A DNA stretch of 40,826 nt, from assembly GCA_002299125.1 (NCBI GenBank), contig DBNU01000178.1:735-41560 (forward strand). The letters run 5' to 3'. Source of the stretch: Proteobacteria bacterium UBA664 (GTDB lineage Bacteria > Pseudomonadota > Gammaproteobacteria > UBA7966). Positions 7,567-15,442 of the stretch are shown in pieces. How positions within the stretch are numbered: the stretch's first letter is position 1; each line of letters opens with the position of its first letter. The notes beneath the pieces were generated by a model. That model saw only the letters and a list, made by a program, of their open reading frames with translations. It did not search any database and was not told the DNA's origin. Both the position numbers and the translations under genes were made by a program.

Positions 7567-8862
7567 ATGACCCAAGCACCAAGGCACGAGGACACGCCAA
7601 TGGACCGAGCCACCGGAATCACACTACGCATTCTTCGCGGTCATGCCGATCTCATCATCCTGGCCGTGCTCATCCTGATCGTGCTGCCACTGATGCTGGA
7701 TATCTTCCGGCTGAATCTGGTTGGCAAGTATCTCACCTACGCCTTCGTGGCCGTAGGCATCGTGCTCTGCTGGGGTTACGGTGGGATTCTGAGCCTCGGC
7801 CAAGGGGTGTTCTTCGGCCTTGGTGGTTACTGTATGGCCATGTTCCTCAAGCTCGAGGCATCGGATCCCGCGAGCACGTCCATCCAGTCGACTCCCGGGA
7901 TCCCGGATTTCATGGACTGGAATCAGCTTACGGAACTGCCCTGGTTCTGGGAGCCTTTCCATAGTTTCGCCTTCACGCTGTTCGCAGTCCTTGCGGTGCC
8001 AGGCATTCTCGCCTTTGTGGTTGGACTCGCGATGTTCAAGCGCAGGGTAGGGGGGGTGTACTTCGCGATCATCACGCAGGCCGTTGCCGCGATCCTCAGC
8101 ATTCTCATCATCGGTCAGCAGGGGTACACCGGTGGCGTCAATGGGATAACGGATCTAAAAACGCTGTTGGGATGGGACATCCGGACCGACTCGGCAAGAT
8201 ACGCCTTGTACTTTCTGAACGGTGCCTTGCTGCTTACGGTACTGGTAGTGGCGCGACTCATCATCGGCAGCAAGTTCGGGAAGCTCCTCGTGGCACTACG
8301 GGACCGCGAGGATCGTGTGCGCTTCTCGGGCTATGACGTCTCCAACTTCAAGATCTTCATCTTCGTCGTTGCCGCGATGATGGCGGCAGTCGGCGGCGCC
8401 ATGTTCACGCTGCAGGTCGGCTTCATGTCGCCCTCCTTCGTGGGCGTGGGGCCCTCGATCGACATGGTGGTCTTTGCCGCCGTCGGGGGCCGCATGTCAC
8501 CCGTCGGTGCCGTCTACGGCAGCCTCCTGGTGAATTGGGCGAGGACGGCCTTCTCGGAGAGCTTCCCGGAGCTATGGCTGCTGGCGATGGGTGCAATCTT
8601 CATCGGAGTAGTGATGCTGTTCCCGAACGGACTGGCCGGGATGGTCGATGGTATGAAAGGGGGCTTCATCCGCTCGACCGCGCGGCTAGGCGGTCCAACT
8701 GGTGCATCCAGGGGTGCCCCTGTACCCGATCAGTGGCCGGTTGGTAGGCCAAGGGCACCGACGGCATGCGAGAGGGGCGCCCTTGAGCCCGGCGGATCAG
8801 TCAGCGTCACGGGACCGAGCGATCATGACCTGGCGGATCGTCAAGGCTCGTTGGCTCATTGA
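7567..8862 (+). CDS. urtC: Urea/amide ABC transporter permease (UrtC-like), copy 1, with a roughly 60-70 codon atypical C-terminal tail
   Basis: Permease core motifs GILSLGQGVFFGLGGY and ALRDREDRVRFSGY. The homologous UrtC2 ends shortly after its LPRGLVG motif. Here the frame stays open for a further 70 or so codons rich in rare codons (AGG, CTA, GTA, TCA, GGA, CAA). Confidence 0.8.
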   Translation: MTQAPRHEDTPMDRATGITLRILRGHADLIILAVLILIVLPLMLDIFRLNLVGKYLTYAFVAVGIVLCWGYGGILSLGQGVFFGLGGYCMAMFLKLEASDPASTSIQSTPGIPDFMDWNQLTELPWFWEPFHSFAFTLFAVLAVPGILAFVVGLAMFKRRVGGVYFAIITQAVAAILSILIIGQQGYTGGVNGITDLKTLLGWDIRTDSARYALYFLNGALLLTVLVVARLIIGSKFGKLLVALRDREDRVRFSGYDVSNFKIFIFVVAAMMAAVGGAMFTLQVGFMSPSFVGVGPSIDMVVFAAVGGRMSPVGAVYGSLLVNWARTAFSESFPELWLLAMGAIFIGVVMLFPNGLAGMVDGMKGGFIRSTARLGGPTGASRGAPVPDQWPVGRPRAPTACERGALEPGGSVSVTGPSDHDLADRQGSLAH

Positions 8863-8881
8863 TCGAGGGGAGGAGGCGATC

Positions 8882-9622
8882 ATGGACAAGCGGATCGTGC
8901 TCGCGGTTGAGGATCTTGGAGTCACCTTCGATGGGTTCAAGGCGGTGGATGGTGTGAACCTCTACGTCGAACAGGACGAGATGCGAGTCGTCATCGGACC
9001 GAACGGGGCTGGGAAGACCACGCTCCTCGACCTGATCTGCGGTCGCACCAGGGCGAGTTCCGGAAGTATCCGCTTCCTGGATCGAGAGCTGACGCAGATC
9101 CCCGAATACAGAAGGGTGCGGCTCGGTGTCGGGAGGAAGTTCCAGAACCCGTCGATCTACGAATCGCTGACCGTTCTGGAGAATCTCGAAGTGAGCTATC
9201 CCCGCGGCAGGACGGTCTTCGGCAGCCTCGCATTCAAGCGCACGCCGGAAGTGCTGCAGCGGATCGAGGAGGTGGCTGCAATGGTCTACCTCGGCGATCT
9301 GCTCCAGGTTGCCGCGGAGACCTTGTCTCACGGCCAAATGCAGTGGCTGGAGATCGGCATGCTGCTGATGCAGGAGCCGCAACTGCTGATGCTCGATGAG
9401 CCGGTCGCCGGCATGAGCGTCAGCGAACGCCAGGCAACGGCTGAGCTGCTGCAACGGATCTGCAAGGGACGTTCGGTGGTGGTCATCGAACATGACATGG
9501 ATTTCGTGAGGAGCATCGCCCATCGCGTGACGGTGCTGCATCAAGGCAAGGTCCTCGCGGAGGGAAGTATGGCCAAGGTGCAGGCGGACCCGAGGGTCGT
9601 CGAGGTCTATCTGGGCCACTGA
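8882..9622 (+). CDS. urtD: Urea/amide ABC transporter ATP-binding protein (UrtD-like), copy 1
   Basis: Walker A GPNGAGKTT, signature-like LSHGQMQWLEIGMLL, Walker B LLMLDEP. GGGGAGGAGG lies 6-15 nt upstream of the ATG at 8882. An in-frame ATG at 8825 is an alternative start. Confidence 0.85.
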   Translation: MDKRIVLAVEDLGVTFDGFKAVDGVNLYVEQDEMRVVIGPNGAGKTTLLDLICGRTRASSGSIRFLDRELTQIPEYRRVRLGVGRKFQNPSIYESLTVLENLEVSYPRGRTVFGSLAFKRTPEVLQRIEEVAAMVYLGDLLQVAAETLSHGQMQWLEIGMLLMQEPQLLMLDEPVAGMSVSERQATAELLQRICKGRSVVVIEHDMDFVRSIAHRVTVLHQGKVLAEGSMAKVQADPRVVEVYLGH

Positions 9623-9635
9623 CGGAGGTGCATGG

Positions 9636-10325
9636 ATGATGCTCGAGGTCAATGGACTCAGCGTGGCGTATGGGCAGAGCGAGGTGGTGCACGATCTGAG
9701 CTTCGCGGTCGGGACGGGCGAGATTGTGGCGCTCATGGGGCGCAACGGCATGGGCAAGACGACGACCTTCAAGGCGCTCATGGGCATCCTGGGCATCCGG
9801 TCAGGGTCGGTGAGGGTGAATGGGCAGGAGCTCTCGGCGAGTGCCCCACATCAGCGAGTACGCAGTGGTCTGGCATACGTGCCTCAGGGCCGGATGATCT
9901 TCCCGAATCTGACTGTGAGGGAGAACATCATGACGGGGCTGCAGACGCGCGCCTGCGCCATCCCGCAGGACGTCTTCACCCTGTTTCCGGTGTTGCTGGA
10001 GATGAGTCAGAGACGAGGTGGCAATCTTTCGGGGGGGCAGCAGCAGCAGCTCGCGATCGCCCGGGCACTCACGACGAATCCCAGCGTCCTGCTGCTGGAC
10101 GAACCGACTGAGGGCATCCAGCCCTCGATCATCAAGGACCTCGCGCGGGTGCTCAAGGAGATCCGCACTCTGCGTGGGCTGACGATTGTCGTTTCTGAGC
10201 AGGTCCTTTCCTTTGCCCTGGCCGTCGCGGACCGCCTGCTTGTCATAGAACGCGGACAGATCGTCGATGAGGTCACGGCCATGAGCGGTGCTGCGGAAAG
10301 AGTGAGTCGCTACCTGTCGGTCTGA
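9636..10325 (+). CDS. urtE: Urea/amide ABC transporter ATP-binding protein (UrtE-like), copy 1
   Basis: Walker A GRNGMGKTT, LSGGQQQQLAIARAL, Walker B LLLDEPTEG. GGAGG lies 7 nt upstream of the start. Confidence 0.9.
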   Translation: MMLEVNGLSVAYGQSEVVHDLSFAVGTGEIVALMGRNGMGKTTTFKALMGILGIRSGSVRVNGQELSASAPHQRVRSGLAYVPQGRMIFPNLTVRENIMTGLQTRACAIPQDVFTLFPVLLEMSQRRGGNLSGGQQQQLAIARALTTNPSVLLLDEPTEGIQPSIIKDLARVLKEIRTLRGLTIVVSEQVLSFALAVADRLLVIERGQIVDEVTAMSGAAERVSRYLSV

Positions 10326-10413
10326 CCAGTTGCGAGAAGCGGCATGCGCTGGCGAGGGGCATCCAGCGCGGTGGCCGAAACCGTGTCGCCCCACATCATG
10401 AGGAGATGCGCAG

Positions 10414-11646
10414 ATGGCCGAGACACTCATTCGGGTCGACCTGAACGAATCGCCCTACAAGAACGACATGGTGCACAATCGCTGGCACCCGGACATACCC
10501 ATCGTCGCGTGGGTGAAGGCGGGCGATGAGTTCATCCTCGAGACCTACGACTGGACTGGAGGGTACATCCAGAACAACGACAGCGCCGACGATGTGCGCG
10601 ATGTCGACCTCACTACAGTGCACTTCCTTTCCGGGCCGATTGGCGTGCAGGGCTGCGAGCCGGGCGATCTGCTGGTGGTCGATTTGCTCGACGTGGGTGC
10701 CAAGCCCGAGAGCCTCTGGGGCTTCAATGGATTTTTTTCCAAGAAGAACGGGGGTGGCTTTCTCACTGACCACTTTCCCCTCGCCCAGAAGAGCATCTGG
10801 GACATCAGCGGGATGTTCACACACTCTCGCCATGTCCCCGGGGTGCGCTTTGCAGGGCTCATCCACCCGGGACTCATCGGCTGCCTCCCGGACAAGGCCC
10901 TGCTCGATACCTGGAATCAGCGCGAGCGGGCCCTGATTGCGACCGCGCCGGACCGTGTGCCACCGCTAGCCTGTCCGCCCTTCGCAGCGACCGCGCACAT
11001 GGGCCGCCTCACGGGCGACGCTGCGGCAAATGCGGCATCCGAGGCTGCGCGTACCGTGCCGCCTCGTGAGCATGGCGGTAATTGTGACATCAAGGACCTC
11101 TCGCGTGGCTCACGGATCTACTTCCCGGTGTACGTGCCGGGTGGTGGACTGTCCATGGGCGATCTGCACTTCAGTCAGGGCGATGGTGAGATCACCTTCT
11201 GCGGTGCCATCGAGATGGCCGGATGGCTACATCTTCGCTGCTCCGTGATCAAGGGCGGCATGGCGAAGTACGGGATCCGCAATCCCATCTTCAAGCCGAG
11301 TCCGATCACCCCTAGGTACGATGACTACCTGATTTTCGAGGGTATCTCGGTAGACGAGGGCGGAAGGCAGCATTACCTCGACGTCCACGTCGCCTACCGG
11401 CAGGCATGTCTCAACGCCATCGCCTATCTGACGAAGTTCGGCTACAGCCCGGCGCAGGCCTATGCGATCCTCGGTACCGCTCCCTGTCAGGGTCACATCA
11501 GCGGAGTGGTCGACATTCCGAACGCCTGTGCCACGCTTTGGCTCCCGACCGACATCTTCGACTTTGATGTGATGCCGGGAAGTGCAGGGCCGTCAAGGCA
11601 GGTCTTTGGTGGAGTCGACATCCCGATGTCGCCCGATCGTGCCTGA
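10414..11646 (+). CDS. fmdA: Formamidase / acetamidase-family amidohydrolase (FmdA)
   Basis: The N-terminus (HNRWHPDIPIVAWVKAGDEFILETYDWTGG, NNDSADDVRDVDL, HFLSGPIGVQGCEPGDLL) closely follows my recollection of Methylophilus FmdA. It is 410 aa long. GAGGAG lies upstream. Confidence 0.85.
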   Translation: MAETLIRVDLNESPYKNDMVHNRWHPDIPIVAWVKAGDEFILETYDWTGGYIQNNDSADDVRDVDLTTVHFLSGPIGVQGCEPGDLLVVDLLDVGAKPESLWGFNGFFSKKNGGGFLTDHFPLAQKSIWDISGMFTHSRHVPGVRFAGLIHPGLIGCLPDKALLDTWNQRERALIATAPDRVPPLACPPFAATAHMGRLTGDAAANAASEAARTVPPREHGGNCDIKDLSRGSRIYFPVYVPGGGLSMGDLHFSQGDGEITFCGAIEMAGWLHLRCSVIKGGMAKYGIRNPIFKPSPITPRYDDYLIFEGISVDEGGRQHYLDVHVAYRQACLNAIAYLTKFGYSPAQAYAILGTAPCQGHISGVVDIPNACATLWLPTDIFDFDVMPGSAGPSRQVFGGVDIPMSPDRA

Positions 11647-11657
11647 GGATCCGTGAC

Positions 11658-11993
11658 ATGCCAGTTTACGAGTACCTGTGTGCGGGATGCGGGGGCTTCG
11701 AGGAGGCCCGCCCCATGAGCGAGAGTGCCCTGCCTGCCACCTGCCCCAAGTGTGGCAACCTGGCGCAGCGGGCGGTGCTGACGCCAGTCGGTGCGGCATT
11801 GATGGATCCGGGCAAGCGACGCGCGCACACCACGAACGAGCGCAGTCGCTCGGTGCCGCAGCTTGCAAGTCAGCGACACGGGGCAGGCTGCAGTTGCTGC
11901 CGGTCAGCGAATGCTCCTCCAGCATCCGAGGCGCGCGCCACAGTACCCACCAAGTCCTTCCCGCTGGCCCGCCCCTGGATGATCAGTCACTGA
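11658..11993 (+). CDS. fmdB: FmdB-family zinc-ribbon putative regulatory protein
   Basis: The start reads MPVYEYLCAGCGGFE followed by ATCPKCG (CxxC ... CxxC zinc ribbon). It begins 11 nt downstream of fmdA, the classic fmdA-fmdB arrangement. Confidence 0.8.
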   Translation: MPVYEYLCAGCGGFEEARPMSESALPATCPKCGNLAQRAVLTPVGAALMDPGKRRAHTTNERSRSVPQLASQRHGAGCSCCRSANAPPASEARATVPTKSFPLARPWMISH

Positions 11994-12659
11994 CGATTCG
12001 GTGTCCTGATCTCACTCGACCAGAAGGCTGGCGGGCAGTCAACCTGTGATTGCTCGCCAGCAGCTTCTGATCTGGCAGCGGTCCCCGGGAGCCAACGGCG
12101 GCCTGCTGTCGGTAGCGTGGTGCTCACGCCCCGAATGGCAGGTCGCACTCCCGTTGACCACCGGGACAGCGCATGTCGGTCTGCCCAGCCTGCATGGCGC
12201 TTTGCACAGGAACGTCGACGCGTGAGCCTCCCCGTGGATGCGTCGGAGGTCCGGTGCCGATTCCCTGGTCGTCAATCTCGAATCCAGCGGAACATCAATG
12301 CCGATGGGCGTCCCCTAATGTACTGACGGCCGCAAGGCGCAGCGCATCGCAACCCTTGATCATGCACTGCGCAGCACAAGGTGGCCCGAGAGGGGTGCGC
12401 TGAGTGCAGGCCGCTTCGGGTCGCAAATGGGAATTGTGGAGCGCATCCGCGTGCGGGACCCATCTGCAAGGGCGTCATGCATCTGCTTGCGTGCGCCGTG
12501 CATCGGGCGACTGAACCTGGGTGTACGACGATGGCGCGCACCGATAAAGGGCGTTATCTGACCTCTTAAGCGCACTAATGGTGCGTCGATGAATGCGGCC
12601 TTCTCGCAGCGGGCCCGCGTATCCATTGCAAGGGATTCGAGATCATCACAAGCAGACCA

Positions 12660-12676
12660 TGGCACGTATCTCGCAG
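12660..12676 (+). promoter_or_regulatory. Sigma54 (-24/-12) promoter candidate for the porin gene
   Basis: Sequence is TGGCACGTATCTCGCAG. GG at 12661-12662 and GC at 12673-12674 are 12 nt apart, and the -24 element is a perfect TGGCAC. It lies about 75 nt upstream of the ATG at 12751. Confidence 0.55.
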
Positions 12677-12750
12677 CGCACAGGATGAGGACGGGGTGTT
12701 TCCCGCCCGCGGCTGCCGCCGCGTCTTCAGGAACGCAGGAGATATCAACC

Positions 12751-13974
12751 ATGAGAACGTCGAGAATGGCATCAGCAATGAATGCGCTGATGCTCATGCT
12801 GCCCGTGGCACTGGCCAGCAGCGGTGCGCAGGCCGCCGCGAAAATCGAGGTCGACGAGGACACCTGGGTGTCGGTAGGGGCGGGTGCACGGCCGGTCTTC
12901 CGCAGTATCGAGAACCGGGCACCATCTGGGGATGGCCGATCGGCGGACTTTGGGATCCAGAGTGCACGTATCTACGTCAACGGGCAACTGAACAAGTTTC
13001 TGAAGTTCGAGTTCAACACGGAGTGCATCTTCTGCGAGGCAGGCGAAGCCTTCGCGGCCTATGAGCCACTGCATCTCCTCGACGCCATCGCCAAGTTCGA
13101 GTTTACGCCGGCCTTCAACCTGTGGGCGGGGCGAATGCTCACGCCATCGAATCGCGCAGAGCTCGCCGGCCCCTACTTCATGGTCGCCTTCGACTTCCAG
13201 AGGACACCGTTCTACCCATCGGACTTCAGTCTTCAGTTCGGTACGGGAGGGGCCGGGGTCTATGCGCGTGACGACGGCGCGACGGCATGGGGCGGCTTGG
13301 GACCTGAGGGACGCTTCCGCTACGTGGTTGGTATGTACAACGGCCTGGAGAGTGCCGCCACCTTTGGCCCCAACCAAGAGGAGAGCGTTCTGCTCGGTGG
13401 ACGCTTCGAGTACCAGTTCCTCGGCATCGAGGACAACCCCGGTTACTACAAGAGCGGAACCTACTATGGCAACGCCGGTGATGTCTTCACCGTGGGTTAC
13501 GTGGTTCAGCACCAGGCGGATGGTGTCGGATCCTTCCGCAATCCCGGTGACTTCCTCGGCATGAACGTGGACGTGCTCTTCGAAAAAGTACTGCCGGCCG
13601 GCGTGCTCACCATGGAGGGCGAGTACAAGTGGTTTGACTCCAACTTCAACGTGGCCGCATTCGCTGATCCGGATTGCTTCTGCATGTTCGATGGCGACAG
13701 CTACCATGCGACTGCTGCGTGGTTGTTCGCGCAGCCGGTCGGATGGGGGAAGCTCCAACCCTACGTTCGGTATACGGCGATCGCGCCAAACGTCGGACAG
13801 GAGACGGATGAGGTGGATGTGGGCATCAACTACATCATCGATGGGCACAACGCCCGCATGTCAGTGTTCTATCAGCACGGAGAGATCAACAGCGGGAGCC
13901 AGGTCAACTTCAACCCCGCCGCGCGCTTCGAGGAGGTAGGGTCGATCAATGTGGGCTTCCAGATGCAGATCTAG
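12751..13974 (+). CDS. Outer-membrane porin, FmdC-like (short-chain amide/urea porin)
   Basis: Signal peptide MRTSRMASAMNALMLMLPVALASSGAQAAA with AGGAGA 9 nt upstream. The sequence is beta-strand-like with alternating aromatic and Gly-rich stretches, and the gene sits in an fmd/urt context. The ORF upstream of 12751 is not credible coding sequence. Confidence 0.7.
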   Translation: MRTSRMASAMNALMLMLPVALASSGAQAAAKIEVDEDTWVSVGAGARPVFRSIENRAPSGDGRSADFGIQSARIYVNGQLNKFLKFEFNTECIFCEAGEAFAAYEPLHLLDAIAKFEFTPAFNLWAGRMLTPSNRAELAGPYFMVAFDFQRTPFYPSDFSLQFGTGGAGVYARDDGATAWGGLGPEGRFRYVVGMYNGLESAATFGPNQEESVLLGGRFEYQFLGIEDNPGYYKSGTYYGNAGDVFTVGYVVQHQADGVGSFRNPGDFLGMNVDVLFEKVLPAGVLTMEGEYKWFDSNFNVAAFADPDCFCMFDGDSYHATAAWLFAQPVGWGKLQPYVRYTAIAPNVGQETDEVDVGINYIIDGHNARMSVFYQHGEINSGSQVNFNPAARFEEVGSINVGFQMQI

Positions 13975-14004
13975 ATGGCAGGGGTCGGAGAGGGCTGCTC
14001 GAAG

Positions 14005-14021
14005 CGGCACCGGGCTCGCAG
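14005..14021 (+). promoter_or_regulatory. Sigma54 (-24/-12) promoter candidate for urtA2
   Basis: Sequence is CGGCACCGGGCTCGCAG. GG at 14006-14007 and GC at 14018-14019 are 12 nt apart. It has the same GGCAC-N5-CTCGCAG core as the porin promoter and lies about 76 nt upstream of the ATG at 14097. Confidence 0.5.
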
Positions 14022-14096
14022 ACGCAGGTGGGTGGCTGTTCCGGCACCCAGAGATGAATTCAGTCCACTACCCAAGGCTCCCAGGAGACCGATGAT

Positions 14097-15380
14097 ATGA
14101 AGAACAGCTTCAAGATGATGTCCATTGCCACAGCCCTGGCCCTGTACGTTCCGGCCTGTCTGGCCGCAGGAGATACGATCAGGGTGGGGGTGTTGCATTC
14201 GCTGTCCGGGACCATGGCCATCAGTGAGACCACGCTGAAGGACACGGTCCTCATGATGGTCGAGGAGCAGAACAAGGCGGGAGGCCTGCTGGGGAAGAAG
14301 CTGGAGGCGGTGGTGGTGGACCCTGCATCGAACTGGCCCCTCTTCGCCGAGAAGGCGCGCGAGCTGCTGGAAAAGGAGAAGGTGGACGTGGTGTTCGGCT
14401 GCTGGACCTCCGTGTCCAGAAAATCAGTCCTGCCGGTATTCGAGGAGCTGAACGGCCTGCTCTTCTACCCGGTGCAGTACGAGGGGGAGGAGTCTTCCCG
14501 CAATATCTTCTACACGGGGGCGGCACCCAACCAGCAGGCCATCCCGGCCGTCGACTATCTGATGAATGATCTCAGCGTCAAGCGCTGGGTCCTTGCCGGG
14601 ACAGACTATGTCTACCCCCGCACCACCAACAAGATCCTCGAGGCCTATCTCAAGGCCAAGGGGGTCGCCGCTGAGGACATCCTGATCAATTACACGCCCT
14701 TCGGGCATGCCGATTGGCAGAGCATCGTGGCGGATGTCCGCAAGTTCGGCAGTGCCGGTAAAAAGACTGCCGTGGTCTCGACCATCAATGGCGATGCCAA
14801 TGTTCCGTTTTACAAGGAGCTGGCTAACCAGGGCATCAAGGCGACGGATATTCCGGTGGTCGCGTTCTCGGTGGGTGAAGAAGAGCTTTCCGGCCTGGAT
14901 ACCAAGCCGCTGGTCGGGCATCTCGCCGCCTGGAACTACTTCCAGAGCGTGGAGACACCGGAGAATGCCGCGTTCATCAAGCGATGGAAGTCCTTCATCA
15001 AGGACGACAAGCGGGTGACCAATGACCCGATGGAGGCGCACTACATCGGCTTCAAGATGTGGGTCAAGGCCGTCGAGAAGGTCGGGACGACGGACCCCAC
15101 GAAGGTCGGGGAGGCCCTTATCGGGGTGACCGTGCCGAACCTGACTGGTGGGTTCGCCACCATGTTCCAGAATCACCACCTCTCCAAGCCCGTGCTGATC
15201 GGCGAGATTCAGGAGGATGGGCAGTTCGCCATCGTCTGGGAGACTCCCGATGTGGTGATCGGCGATGCCTGGTCGAATTTCCTCGATGGCAGCAAGGACA
15301 TCGTGGCCGACTGGACTTTCCCAATCTCATGCGGGAACTTCAACATCCGCACCGGGAAGTGCTCAGGGCAGAGCCAGTAA
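14097..15380 (+). CDS. urtA: Urea ABC transporter substrate-binding protein UrtA, copy 2
   Basis: Signal peptide MKNSFKMMSIATALALYVPACLAAG. Motifs HSLSGTMAISE, VFGCWTSVSRKSVLPVFE and NHHLSKPVLIGEI. AGGAGA lies 8 nt upstream. Confidence 0.9.
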   Translation: MKNSFKMMSIATALALYVPACLAAGDTIRVGVLHSLSGTMAISETTLKDTVLMMVEEQNKAGGLLGKKLEAVVVDPASNWPLFAEKARELLEKEKVDVVFGCWTSVSRKSVLPVFEELNGLLFYPVQYEGEESSRNIFYTGAAPNQQAIPAVDYLMNDLSVKRWVLAGTDYVYPRTTNKILEAYLKAKGVAAEDILINYTPFGHADWQSIVADVRKFGSAGKKTAVVSTINGDANVPFYKELANQGIKATDIPVVAFSVGEEELSGLDTKPLVGHLAAWNYFQSVETPENAAFIKRWKSFIKDDKRVTNDPMEAHYIGFKMWVKAVEKVGTTDPTKVGEALIGVTVPNLTGGFATMFQNHHLSKPVLIGEIQEDGQFAIVWETPDVVIGDAWSNFLDGSKDIVADWTFPISCGNFNIRTGKCSGQSQ

Positions 15381-15442
15381 GACCTCTGGCGAGTGTTCTG
15401 GGCGAGGCTCCGGGGGCTCAGCCCCCCCGGAGCACAGGCGGC

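Noticed and set aside
12571-12585. The dyad CGCAC-TAATG-GTGCG upstream of the porin promoter, considered as an NtrC enhancer site.
   Set aside because: The half-sites resemble NtrC's, but the spacing is 2 bp shorter than the 17-bp consensus geometry. It may bind another factor or be fortuitous in GC-rich DNA. I kept it only as a remark inside the finding on the intergenic region.
12039-12863. ORFs inside the fmdB-porin gap (12039-12275 minus, 12117-12326 plus, 12360-12863 minus).
   Set aside because: They have no RBS and an Arg/Cys/Pro/Ala-rich composition typical of non-coding high-GC frames. One of them overlaps the porin signal-peptide region in antisense.
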